From Promethearchaeota archaeon (GTDB taxonomy: Archaea; Asgardarchaeota; Heimdallarchaeia; Hodarchaeales; Hodarchaeaceae): a DNA stretch of 64,000 nucleotides. This document shows, piece by piece, positions 1 through 9,658 of the stretch (positions are counted from its first letter, which is position 1; each line of letters opens with the position of its first letter). The position numbers were made by a program, and so were the translations under genes. Location of the stretch: the NCBI GenBank assembly GCA_048938105.1, contig JBHLMN010000006.1, positions 96,001-160,000 of the forward strand, in the 5' to 3' direction. The notes beneath the pieces are model-generated. The model was not told the origin of the DNA. It did no database searches and saw only the letters and a list, made by a program, of their open reading frames with translations.

Positions 1-557
1 AATGGATTGTTTTCTTCTCCCTTAGCAATCTCGATTTTGGTCTGGGCCTCTCTGAATTCTATAAATGAGTCTTCTAAATGAGTTTTGACTTCGTGTAGGA
101 GAGGATTCCCTTTCTTTTCAACTAATTCCTGAATAGATGCAGATATCAACCTTCGACCTAGCTCATCAGAGGGACAATGAATGTTAAGAAAGGGAATTCC
201 AATTAATCGTGCAAAGGAGGGGACAGCATCATAATTCCTAGCATGTGAACCGAATTTAAATCCGAGAATTTTCTTATTAATAACTTTTTGAGCTTTTTCT
301 TTGGGTACACCCTTTGATACCAATTGCTCCAGATGTTTTTGAAAGACTTCAAAGTGATTTACCAATCCTACAGGATGATGGGCAATAACACGATCAAATC
401 CATGTTCTTTAGCATATAGGAGTTCAGCTACCCCTATGTCTATTCCATAAAGAATATTTTTGATGTTTTCTCCAGGAACATAGACAGCAGAGTCAGCGGG
501 TAGTTCAGTCATGCCAACTAGATCAAGTGAAATATTGAGGATATCAGCCGTGTCCAA
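1..557 (-). CDS. NIF3/YbgI-like dinuclear metal-binding protein (partial, runs off the left edge; not in ORF track)
   Basis: Manual translation from TTG at 557 with GAGGT SD upstream: MDTADILNISLDLVGMTELPADSAVYVPGENIKNILYGIDIGVAELLYAKEHGFDRVIAHHPVG...NIHCPSD. The GID, AHHP and NIHxxxD motifs are typical of NIF3-like proteins. Confidence 0.65.
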   Translation of the reverse strand, partial: MDTADILNISLDLVGMTELPADSAVYVPGENIKNILYGIDIGVAELLYAKEHGFDRVIAHHPVGLVNHFEVFQKHLEQLVSKGVPKEKAQKVINKKILGFKFGSHARNYDAVPSFARLIGIPFLNIHCPSDELGRRLISASIQELVEKKGNPLLHEVKTHLEDSFIEFREAQTKIEIAKGEENNP

Positions 558-608
558 TTTAAGACCTCAAACAGTTTAAAACATCGTACCATTTTAACTT
601 CATTCATT

Positions 609-2327
609 ATGTTTGATTACCCCATTTGGTATAATAGCTATCCTACAAATGTTCCCAAAACCTTAGAGTATCCCTTGAAGAGTTTAGCTGATGTATTAAC
701 CGAGAATGCAAAGGATTTCCCTAATAACCCCGCATTACTACTTGCAGGTAAACAATTTCACACTACAAGAATTACATATGAACAACTTGATAAAATGTCC
801 ACGAATTTTGCGAAACATCTTCACAAACTTGGTGTGCGAAAGAAAGACCGAGTTGCCCTTTTCTTGCCTAATTTTCCAGAATTTGTTATCGCCTTTTATG
901 GAATACAAAAATTAGGGGCAATAGCTACGCCATTAAACATAATGTTTTCTCAGAAAGAACTGGAGTATCATATTAAGGATTCTGGATCCAAAGCCATAAT
1001 AACAATTGATGTGAAGACTGGGGAACAGGCATTTTTAGAGCTAATTCATAGTGTTGCTAGGAAGGTAGATCATCTCGAACATGTCATTGTTGTTTCTATA
1101 AAGCCGTATATAGGGAAAATAAAGGGATTCCTAGGGGGATTAGTAGGAAAAATAGGAAAGCTCAGCCCTGATGATATCTCTTTTGAAACGATGGTTCAAG
1201 ATGATGACACGGTCTCTTTCCCAAAACCAAATATCGACCCCAAAAATGATGTGGCGATGATTCCGTACACTGGAGGAACAACAGGATTACCAAAGGGCGT
1301 TATGCTAACTCATTGGAACTTAATCACTAATTGTTATGCTGGACACCATTGGATGATTCCTATTTACAACGGACTACCAGATAAAGGTAAGTATCGTTTT
1401 CTTGCTGCTCTACCTCTTTTTCACCTATTTGGAGGAACTTTAGCAATGCTTATCCCGATTTTTCTGGCAGGTGAGATCATATTGATGCCTAATCCTAGGG
1501 AAAGGAATTTTACTGAACTTCTAGAACTAATAGACACTTATAAACCAAATTTCTTACCATTTGTCCCTACAGGATTTATTGCATTACTGAATCATCCACA
1601 GTTTAAAAACTATGACTTAAAATCAATTGATTTTTGCTTAACAGGCGCCGCTCCTTTACCTGTTGAAGTGATGAAGCAATTTGAACAGGCCAGTGGCTCT
1701 ACTCTTTTAGAGGGATGGGGGTTAACCGAAACATCACCAATAGCTAGTGCTAACACTCCATCGAAACGGAAAATTGGTTCAGTTGGTGTTCCTTTCATTG
1801 ATACATCTGTGAAAGTTTTTGATTTAGAAGACAAGGAGAAAGAGCTAGAAATCGGAAAGAACGGAGAATTAGGTATTAAAGGCCCTCAAGTCATGAAAGG
1901 ATATTGGAATAAACCAGAGGAAACAGATTATGTTATGAATAGTCAAGAATACTTTATGACTGGCGATATTGGTCATATGGATGAAGAGGGATTTATATAC
2001 ATCGAGGATCGGAAGAAAGACATGATAATTGCTTCTGGTTACAAAGTTTTTCCTCGTGAGGTTGAAGAATATTTCTTTGAACATCCGCAAATTGAGAATG
2101 TAGCTATTATTGGAATTCCTGATGAATATCGAGGTGAAAGACCTAAAGCTTTTATTGTTTTAAAACAAGGGGCAACCATTACAAAAGATGAACTTATGGA
2201 ATATGCAAAAAAAGGTCTTTCAAAGTATAAGGTACCAAAAGAGATCGAAATACGTGACTACCTGCCTTTAAGTGCTGTAGGAAAGGTTTTACGAAGAGAA
2301 CTACGAGAGGAAGAGGAAAAAAAATAG
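609..2327 (+). CDS. fadD: Long-chain fatty acid--CoA ligase (ANL adenylating enzyme)
   Basis: YTGGTTGLPKG AMP-binding motif, GWGLTET, TGDIG, DRKKDMI, C-terminal AVGKVLRR. Confidence 0.9.
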   Translation: MFDYPIWYNSYPTNVPKTLEYPLKSLADVLTENAKDFPNNPALLLAGKQFHTTRITYEQLDKMSTNFAKHLHKLGVRKKDRVALFLPNFPEFVIAFYGIQKLGAIATPLNIMFSQKELEYHIKDSGSKAIITIDVKTGEQAFLELIHSVARKVDHLEHVIVVSIKPYIGKIKGFLGGLVGKIGKLSPDDISFETMVQDDDTVSFPKPNIDPKNDVAMIPYTGGTTGLPKGVMLTHWNLITNCYAGHHWMIPIYNGLPDKGKYRFLAALPLFHLFGGTLAMLIPIFLAGEIILMPNPRERNFTELLELIDTYKPNFLPFVPTGFIALLNHPQFKNYDLKSIDFCLTGAAPLPVEVMKQFEQASGSTLLEGWGLTETSPIASANTPSKRKIGSVGVPFIDTSVKVFDLEDKEKELEIGKNGELGIKGPQVMKGYWNKPEETDYVMNSQEYFMTGDIGHMDEEGFIYIEDRKKDMIIASGYKVFPREVEEYFFEHPQIENVAIIGIPDEYRGERPKAFIVLKQGATITKDELMEYAKKGLSKYKVPKEIEIRDYLPLSAVGKVLRRELREEEEKK

Positions 2328-2354
2328 ATAGAAAGAATTCAGTAATAAGAGATT

Positions 2355-3095
2355 TTAATACTTTTTTCGTTTCTTTTTTGGAGGTTTAGTGATCAGAGTT
2401 TGAATTTGAGCGATTTCTGGATCCGTCTGATGTTCTTTTCCATATAAACATTGGTCGAGTAAGAAACACTGTGAACACTTGGGATTATTTTTTTGGCAAA
2501 GATTTTGCCCATGAACCACTACTAAGGCATGAAACCTCCCAAACACTTCAAAGTTCGTTTCAAGCTCATTATTTAGTTCTTGCTGGAGGTCCTCGTATTT
2601 AATCTTCAAATAACTCACATTTCCAAGTAGTCGAGTTAAGAAACGTCGTGTATATGTTCCGACAATTGGAACTGGTTTTTGAAAACAATAAACTAAGATA
2701 GAATCAGCGGTTTCCTTACCAATACCCTTACAAGCTAACAATTCTTGCCGAGAGGGTGAATTGTCTCGATCAGAATATGTCAGTAGTAGTGTACTGAGGG
2801 ATTTCAAATATAATGCTTTTTGTTTATAGAAACCAGCTGGTTTGATAAGCTCTTCAAGTTGTTGTACTTTTATTGTTTGTAATTTTTTGAAAGAAAATAT
2901 GGTAGCACCTCTTAAATTCGCTATTGCTTTGTTGACATTTCTCCAATTGGTATTTTGAACCAAAATTGTTCCTATTGCAACCTCGTAAGTTTCTTGTAGA
3001 CTTTTATTATCTTTGATCCAGAGGTTCCATGTTTCTGCATGGGGATCAAGTTGAATATAATGTTGTTTCAATTGTTTATACACTTTAGAGATCAA
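2355..3095 (-). CDS. Endonuclease III-related HhH-GPD protein with C-terminal 4Fe-4S motif (COG2231-like)
   Basis: ILVQNTNWRNV, IKPAGFYKQKA, HhH motif LLACKGIGKETADSIL, CQKNNPKCSQCFLLDQC. Confidence 0.85.
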   Translation of the reverse strand: MISKVYKQLKQHYIQLDPHAETWNLWIKDNKSLQETYEVAIGTILVQNTNWRNVNKAIANLRGATIFSFKKLQTIKVQQLEELIKPAGFYKQKALYLKSLSTLLLTYSDRDNSPSRQELLACKGIGKETADSILVYCFQKPVPIVGTYTRRFLTRLLGNVSYLKIKYEDLQQELNNELETNFEVFGRFHALVVVHGQNLCQKNNPKCSQCFLLDQCLYGKEHQTDPEIAQIQTLITKPPKKKRKKY

Positions 3096-3338
3096 TTCTC
3101 TCTGACACCTAGGTTGAAAAGTACTCCGATTACATTATTATCAATTTTCTTCTAAAAAAACTATAGTGCATTATTCTCCTCCGAAAGGCCTACTCTCATT
3201 CACATTGAAAATTAATTTCAAAAATAGATATGCTAATTAAAAGTTGAATAGTGTCGGGTTGTAATTATAAATTAATGGCAATTTCGGAGGTATTCTCTAG
3301 ATTGTGTTTTATACCTAACCTTCTAAAAGGTATCCTGT

Positions 3339-3752
3339 ATGAAAGATCACGAATTAAACCCAAGAATAGATAACTTAGCTTGGCAAACCATGATTGTTAG
3401 TTTATTTCGGCAATCAGACAGACAAACGCTAAATCTTATTACTTCTATTGTTGGAGTTTCAACTTCTGAAGACACATACACACTCATTAACAATATTTTT
3501 CATCTCGTTAGAAAAGGTGTCATTTATATCCCAGAAGCACGACTAAAAATTCTACATGATGCTCCTGAAAAGGTCGATGTTTATTTAATCAAAAACTTTG
3601 ATGAAGCTATGAAAGAGTTAGCGCAAGAACTCCATGAATTAAGGATCAAAGTTGATCGTTTATCTGAGATAAAGAAAATCCCTAGAAAGGTCTTAATCGA
3701 CCTTGAAAACTATGCGGCAGGGAAGTATATTGAGAAATTTCATTATACATAG
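3339..3752 (+). CDS. Hypothetical protein (possible wHTH plus coiled coil)
   Basis: 137-aa ATG ORF; the LFRQSDRQTLNLITSIVG...LVRKGVIY pattern loosely resembles a wHTH. Confidence 0.5.
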   Translation: MKDHELNPRIDNLAWQTMIVSLFRQSDRQTLNLITSIVGVSTSEDTYTLINNIFHLVRKGVIYIPEARLKILHDAPEKVDVYLIKNFDEAMKELAQELHELRIKVDRLSEIKKIPRKVLIDLENYAAGKYIEKFHYT

Positions 3753-3907
3753 ATACCTTTTTTTCCCACTATTCTCATTACATTATCTTATCTTTAGCTT
3801 TCTTAACGGAGAGATGAAATCCTTTAACTAGTGTACTTTATTAAGGATTTATAGCCATTATTTCTTATATCCCTAGAAGGAACTAAAAAAGTAAAGGTGA
3901 AGAAAAA

Positions 3908-4546
3908 ATGGGTATATTTGATCGGGATAAATTTGGTGTGCAACAAAGGCATCGACGATTACTATCAGCACAAGAAGCATACCACATAAAAGACGTAGAT
4001 ACAGACCAAGATCTCCTTTGGATAAAACGGGACAGATTTGGACGAAAAACGCATATGCATATGTTTCCAGGTGACCCTAAAACAGCTCCAGAGATTATGA
4101 CAATAAAGGATCTTTCATCATTTGATGCTTGGGCTAGTTTTGATGTCTTAGACAATGAAACAAATCAAAACCTTGGGAGAGCAAAACGAAATTTCTGGTC
4201 AAGTATCTTTAGAGAGAATTGGACCGTATGGGATGGATCTGGAAAGGTAGTAGGGAAAGTAAAAGCTAGAAGCTTGTTAATCAGTCTTATGCGAAATATG
4301 CGGTGGATTTTTGGTTGGATTCCTGTAATTGGATGGATAATTGAGTCGTTTGCTTGGTTAATCCGATTGCAATTTGATATTTATTTCATTCAAAATGGTT
4401 CAGAAGTGAAAGTAGGAGAGTTCAATCGCAGGAGGACAATTGGAGATAAGTACATATTGGACATGACTGCAGATAGCAAACGAACGTTCAATCGAAAATT
4501 TGCGGTTGCATTAGCGGTCTTACTCGATTCTGCAGAACAAAGATAA
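3908..4546 (+). CDS. LURP-one/scramblase (Tubby C-terminal-like) family protein
   Basis: Beta-barrel pattern QEAYHIKD, FDVLDNETNQNLGRAKRNFWSSIFRENWTVWDGSGKVVG, IGDKYILD, C-terminal helix RKFAVALAVLLD; GGTGA SD. Confidence 0.7.
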   Translation: MGIFDRDKFGVQQRHRRLLSAQEAYHIKDVDTDQDLLWIKRDRFGRKTHMHMFPGDPKTAPEIMTIKDLSSFDAWASFDVLDNETNQNLGRAKRNFWSSIFRENWTVWDGSGKVVGKVKARSLLISLMRNMRWIFGWIPVIGWIIESFAWLIRLQFDIYFIQNGSEVKVGEFNRRRTIGDKYILDMTADSKRTFNRKFAVALAVLLDSAEQR

Positions 4547-4693
4547 TCTCTACAGCTGGATAATTAATCAAAAATCCCCCCTCCTTCTTTTTTTGGTAAT
4601 TATTCTCTTTTTGAGAATCACACTTAGGGAGGGATAACAAAGTAAAAGCCTAGATTTATTTCCCTTAAATATTACCACGGAGGTCGATAAAGC

Positions 4694-5512
4694 ATGCTGG
4701 AAGGATTAATAGTCAGTATAGGGATTTTCATTATATTAGGACTGGTTACTTATACTGGTGCATGGTATACAGCGAAATCAGACTCCCCACGTGCACTAAT
4801 AGGCGTTTATATTCTATTTCTAACATTAGCTCAATTTTTCGCAGCAAAAATTGCAGAATTTGATTTAGGTCTGGAGTCAATCCCAATCATTGGATCTTGG
4901 TTGATTGATTTAGGGATGCTCCCCATTTTTGCACCCGTAGGCGTTATTGTATTTCCTTTTACTCTTCAAGTTACAGATATGGTTAACGAACGATTTGGGA
5001 GAAAAGTAGTATATGAAATGATCTGGATAGCCTTGGTCAGTCAAATCATTATGGTTCTGCTATTGATATTAGCTGGATTCCTCCCTGCAGCTGGAGAGGA
5101 CCCTTTAGGCCCATTTGCAATTGTCCCTGCTATCACTCTAGCATCATGGATTAGCTTTCTTATTAGCGAACGATTTGATGCATGGATTTATGACAAGATT
5201 CGTTCATGGATTCACACAAATACTGATACAGGAAAAGAGTGGTGGAAATATCTCTGGATTAGAAATGTGTTTAGTGACATCCTAAGTCTAGGCTTAGATT
5301 CCATCATCTTTATCCCATTAGCTTTCGTTGTTTTCCCCTCCATTCAAAAAATAATGGATCCCTCAATCGGTATAATAACTCTTGATTTCATGATTACTCT
5401 CATTATTGGCCAACTAATAACAAAATGGTTCTTAGGTCTAATCGATACTCCCTATATGTACTTGACCCGTTGGATATATGACAAAACAAGTCCTATAAGT
5501 GTTGAAAAATAA
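4694..5512 (+). CDS. yhhQ: Queuosine/archaeosine precursor (preQ0/preQ1) transporter, VUT/YhhQ family
   Basis: FPFTLQVTDMVNERFG, ASWISFLISERFDAWIY, WIRNVFS...DSIIF, IDTPYMY motifs; GGAGG SD. Confidence 0.8.
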   Translation: MLEGLIVSIGIFIILGLVTYTGAWYTAKSDSPRALIGVYILFLTLAQFFAAKIAEFDLGLESIPIIGSWLIDLGMLPIFAPVGVIVFPFTLQVTDMVNERFGRKVVYEMIWIALVSQIIMVLLLILAGFLPAAGEDPLGPFAIVPAITLASWISFLISERFDAWIYDKIRSWIHTNTDTGKEWWKYLWIRNVFSDILSLGLDSIIFIPLAFVVFPSIQKIMDPSIGIITLDFMITLIIGQLITKWFLGLIDTPYMYLTRWIYDKTSPISVEK

Positions 5513-5665
5513 GTTCATGATCTAAGTGATTGAGAAATTTCTCTAATTCAACATGAAAGTAAGCCTTCCAAACTAGTTGAAAGTTGATCTTTCCATTGTT
5601 AGCTTGATACTATAATCATGTGTTCAGAGACTTATGGATCCTTTGTTTGAACCACAAGGGTATCA

Positions 5666-7837
5666 TTATAGCGCTGCTAAGCTCTCTAAAGCATCATTCA
5701 GGAGAAAAGGTTTGGATTTGAAGCTGATATTTGGATAATATTGTGTGTAATACTTCAAACCCACACCCAGTTGAATCACAAACTGATCTTCTCTTGAAAG
5801 TGATTCTCCATTATTATCCAAAGATTGGAGTTTAAAGTCAATGGTGTTTTTCACTGTAGGTACTAATTCTTCCCACAATATGGAAGCTGATTCTTTTAAG
5901 CGATTTCTACAAACAAAGATGACATCAAATTCAATACTCCTTTTCCCTCGAATCTGGGTACTGGTTTCCATCTCCGCTCGAACAGGGTAAACCGCTGTGA
6001 TATAGAATTGATTTTCTAGCAGACTTTCTATTATCGAAGCCCATGCTTTCAGCTGCTTATGATGGAACGTGAATATCAACAGTCCTTCTTTTTTCAACAC
6101 TCTTTGGATTTCTGCAAAAACAGCTTTAAGCCCTTGTTGATAATCCTCATCATGTTTTCCGATTTTAATGTTTTTCACAATTTCAGCTTTCTTTGGTGTT
6201 AAAGCTGGTTTAAACCAGGGATAATACTCTTTCAGGCCTAGCTGTAACCAAACGTAATAGAAATCTGATAATTCTGCATATTGGACATTATCATAATAAG
6301 GGGGATCTGTTATGACCAAATCTACGCTATTTTGAGGAATGTGAATTTCTTGGGAGGAGTGACAATAAAGATAGACATTTCTTGATGGTTCTTGTTCTAA
6401 TTCGGAATAAGATGAGACTACCTGAGCATTGATCTGACGTGTCATCTCTTGACGTTTAGCTTTTCCATCTTTAGCAATGTAATATTCGTACGGTTTTTGA
6501 CAGTATTTCTTTATTCGTATAGTTTTAGCGAAGAAGTTCTTGAACGTTCCTGTGCCATATTTAGCTGTACCAAAGACATTGTTTTCAACTGGATTCAAGG
6601 TGGCTGGAAAAGCATGTTTGCGAAACAAATTATAGATGTAATGGTTCTTTCTATGATATTCACAAAGCAGGTTATTGTATTCCAGAGCGGTTGAAAACGT
6701 AATAAGAAAGAATTCTTTCAAATTTTGGTCTTGAATTTGTAGAATCTCCCTCAATAGTTTTCCTAGCGATAATAGTTGTCTGCTGTTAAACATATCAGTA
6801 AAAAACTGAAATTTGTGGTTAAGTAACTCCTGAGTTTTTGCCCCAATGGGAATAGCTTGTTGAGGAAGGGGTAATTGTTTTTGAATCGACTTGAATTCGT
6901 GACATGCTTGGTGATAAAGTTTGAAATCATTTTGATCAGCTTGTTTGTAACCTCGTGTATTACAAGCAGAGCAGTGATACTCGAGAGCATACAACCGTTC
7001 ATTAGGTCTTCCCTGTTTTGTGCTGACGTCTACTATCTTGGCTGTATGCCCACAGTGGGAACAATAATACTTTCCCCGTTTTACTATAAATGAAAATGGA
7101 TCAAAAGACCAACCACATTTTGGACAGAGAAGATTCTTTTGAGTCAATTCCTGGAAAATTGTTTCACATTTTGGACAGAGAAAGTAAGCTTTAGAGACTT
7201 CTTTCCGATTATTTGCAAATATATAACTTCGAAATAGAGGATTAAATTCTAAACATTGTTCACATTGAATTTCTTTCACCCAGAAGAAATACATAACATC
7301 CGCTTGTTGTGAACAATGTCCACATTGGGTCTTATAATATTTGGAAAGTTCATTCCTTAGCTTAGAAGACAGTTTTTCGAACTTAATTTGGAGGTCATCA
7401 ATATTAACATCTTCCAATGCTTTTTTCACTGTAAACCAAGCAACAGGATTCAAATCTCCTCCAATAATACCCCCGAATCCTAAACGCGAAGCTTCAATGA
7501 CTGTTGTTCCTCCTCCCATAAAAGGATCTAACACTAAAAGATCCTGAAAATTATGTTCTAGTAGGTAGATATCCCAAAAATCCTCCTCATATGGAATACT
7601 ATGATCCTTAAATGGAGTAGCCTTATCTTCTACTATCCTTGTTGAAGAAGAAAGTGATGCAAAAATGAGGATAGATCTAAATACTGACCCTAAACGTCGA
7701 GCAAACCATTTATGAAGAGTTAGAATAGGACGATAATATCTCTTTGCGTTACTCTCTTTATAAGCTATCTCACTGACTTTTGTGAATGGAAAATAACTCT
7801 CAATTGCTTTTTCTGATAATTTTGCTTGTTGGTTCAT
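5666..7837 (-). CDS. Adenine-specific DNA methyltransferase with Zn-ribbon insertion (COG1743/DUF1156-like), copy 1
   Basis: LHKWFARR, motif I LDPFMGGGTT, DLNPVAW, multiple CxxC pairs, motif IV TDPPYYD, FTFHH. Confidence 0.85.
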   Translation of the reverse strand: MNQQAKLSEKAIESYFPFTKVSEIAYKESNAKRYYRPILTLHKWFARRLGSVFRSILIFASLSSSTRIVEDKATPFKDHSIPYEEDFWDIYLLEHNFQDLLVLDPFMGGGTTVIEASRLGFGGIIGGDLNPVAWFTVKKALEDVNIDDLQIKFEKLSSKLRNELSKYYKTQCGHCSQQADVMYFFWVKEIQCEQCLEFNPLFRSYIFANNRKEVSKAYFLCPKCETIFQELTQKNLLCPKCGWSFDPFSFIVKRGKYYCSHCGHTAKIVDVSTKQGRPNERLYALEYHCSACNTRGYKQADQNDFKLYHQACHEFKSIQKQLPLPQQAIPIGAKTQELLNHKFQFFTDMFNSRQLLSLGKLLREILQIQDQNLKEFFLITFSTALEYNNLLCEYHRKNHYIYNLFRKHAFPATLNPVENNVFGTAKYGTGTFKNFFAKTIRIKKYCQKPYEYYIAKDGKAKRQEMTRQINAQVVSSYSELEQEPSRNVYLYCHSSQEIHIPQNSVDLVITDPPYYDNVQYAELSDFYYVWLQLGLKEYYPWFKPALTPKKAEIVKNIKIGKHDEDYQQGLKAVFAEIQRVLKKEGLLIFTFHHKQLKAWASIIESLLENQFYITAVYPVRAEMETSTQIRGKRSIEFDVIFVCRNRLKESASILWEELVPTVKNTIDFKLQSLDNNGESLSREDQFVIQLGVGLKYYTQYYPNISFKSKPFLLNDALESLAAL

Positions 7838-7862
7838 GCTTTTATTCCATCAATTGCCATTA

Positions 7863-8930
7863 TCATGTATAAAGTGCAACAAAGAATTCTCCTAGTAAGT
7901 TGAAGATCACATAGATAATTGCAGAAAAGAGTGCTGATATCGGTGTTGTAATGACCCAACTTATTCCTATTTCTTTGAGACTGTCCTTATCTACTTTCTC
8001 TTTATTTACAAAACCAACTCCAATAAAAGCAGCAACTAGAATATGTGATCCAGACAAGGGAATAGCCATTAATGTACCAAAGAACATGATTAGACTAACA
8101 GAGATGCTAGCCGCTAATGCTGATGTTGGAGAAAGTGCTACAATATCATTTGCAAGTTTTTTCACTACTCTTCTACCAAGGAATATGACCCCAAAGCACA
8201 TTCCTAATCCACCAGCGATTAATGCTAAATACAGTCCAGTTATAGGAAATGGTCCAACCATGTATGTTTCCATCACAAAATCTTCGATTGCCATAAGAGG
8301 ACCAATGGCTTTGGCTACATCATTACCACTTCGAGAAAAAACTGAAATGAGTAAAAAAACTGCTAAGGCATAGAAAGCTACCTTTTCTTGTCTTTCATAA
8401 TCCGCATAACCCTTTGTTTTAACTGATTGTCGAAGTTTTATGATTAATGCGTAAAAAAGAAACCCTCCAACAAGTCCGATAAGAGGACTTACAACCCAAC
8501 TGAGTAGAACCCAAAAGAGAGTATCATAATTCAAAGATATTAATCCCCATTCAATGAGAGCAACCCCTATGACGCTTCCGACAACTGATTGGGTTGTACT
8601 AATCGGAACTCCTTTCAATGATACAATAAACAGCCAGAGAGCCATTGAGATTAGTACAACAAACACCATTGATAGAGAAAGAGCATACTCAGGGGTAGTG
8701 AACTTATTCCCCACTGTCTTTGACACAGATTCTCCTAAGAAAAAAACACCAATAAAATTAAATAGACCACCGATGAGGACAGCAACGCTCAATGAAAGTA
8801 AACCAGCACCTACTGCTGGAGTCATGGTTTCGTCGTTTGCTCCAATCGTGAATGCGACAACAAAACCAAGAAGAAGAGCGGCACCTATAATGATCAGTGC
8901 AGTCAAGGTATTACACCTACAATCAATCAA
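7863..8930 (-). CDS. pitA: Inorganic phosphate transporter, PiT family (start probably TTG 8906)
   Basis: GANDE, PISTTQSVVG, SGNDVAKAIGP, PLSGSH signatures; multiple TM segments. Confidence 0.9.
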   Translation of the reverse strand: MIDCRCNTLTALIIIGAALLLGFVVAFTIGANDETMTPAVGAGLLSLSVAVLIGGLFNFIGVFFLGESVSKTVGNKFTTPEYALSLSMVFVVLISMALWLFIVSLKGVPISTTQSVVGSVIGVALIEWGLISLNYDTLFWVLLSWVVSPLIGLVGGFLFYALIIKLRQSVKTKGYADYERQEKVAFYALAVFLLISVFSRSGNDVAKAIGPLMAIEDFVMETYMVGPFPITGLYLALIAGGLGMCFGVIFLGRRVVKKLANDIVALSPTSALAASISVSLIMFFGTLMAIPLSGSHILVAAFIGVGFVNKEKVDKDSLKEIGISWVITTPISALFSAIIYVIFNLLGEFFVALYT

Positions 8931-9631
8931 CTATGTTTGGCTATGAGCACTTTTAAGTAATCAGTCCCTTGCTCTGCTTCAATGCTAATACGAGTAGTGG
9001 CGTTAAGTATTCGACTTGTACCGCGTGGAAGTTCGTCGTTCACTATCTTTTCTGAGATAGTATAGAAAAGATCTCGTACTTCATCCCTTTTTTCTTCTAC
9101 CTTACGTGCAAGCTGTGATGCTTTTTCATAATCATTGAAAAAGAGTTTATTAGCTTCGACAAAGTCTTCGATCACATCCTCAGTCAAGTCTACTATTCTA
9201 TCGAGTTCGGGAGGAAAATAGCTAGCATCAATTTTTTTAATACAAACTATTCGAACTGCCCTTTCAATCCGATCTAATAGGTGATCTGCATTCAACATCA
9301 TATTGTAGCGTTCCTCAGTGATTTGAGGAAGATAAGCCTTTTTCTTGAAAATTGTTTCGAAGAAGATGTCTTTTACTTCGTCTGCATCCCTTTCAAGCTG
9401 AATTATTTCATCTCTTAACGCAAGACCTCTTTCAAAATCCCCTCCTCTCCAAGCTTTCAATGCTTTTTCGAATTTATCATAAGCTTCTTCTATTGCTTCA
9501 ACAAGCTTAATAAATAACTCTGTTCCCTTTTTATGTATATCTTTATCCTTCAATAATTGTCCAAAGTATTCTCCAGTCATGAAAATCACTTCTATTATGC
9601 TTTTATTAGTCTCGTTAAAAGGATTCTTCAA
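8927..9631 (-). CDS. DUF47/PhoU-like phosphate transport regulator (start probably ATG 9580)
   Basis: Twin helical repeats LERDADEVK and VEEKRDEVR; adjacent to pit. Confidence 0.85.
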   Translation of the reverse strand: MKNPFNETNKSIIEVIFMTGEYFGQLLKDKDIHKKGTELFIKLVEAIEEAYDKFEKALKAWRGGDFERGLALRDEIIQLERDADEVKDIFFETIFKKKAYLPQITEERYNMMLNADHLLDRIERAVRIVCIKKIDASYFPPELDRIVDLTEDVIEDFVEANKLFFNDYEKASQLARKVEEKRDEVRDLFYTISEKIVNDELPRGTSRILNATTRISIEAEQGTDYLKVLIAKHS

Positions 9632-9658
9632 CAGTCACTATTTTGTCTCTTAAGAAGA

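Noticed and set aside
4600-4693. preQ1 riboswitch upstream of yhhQ
   Set aside because: No match to the preQ1-I stem/loop/A-rich tail consensus that I can recognise.
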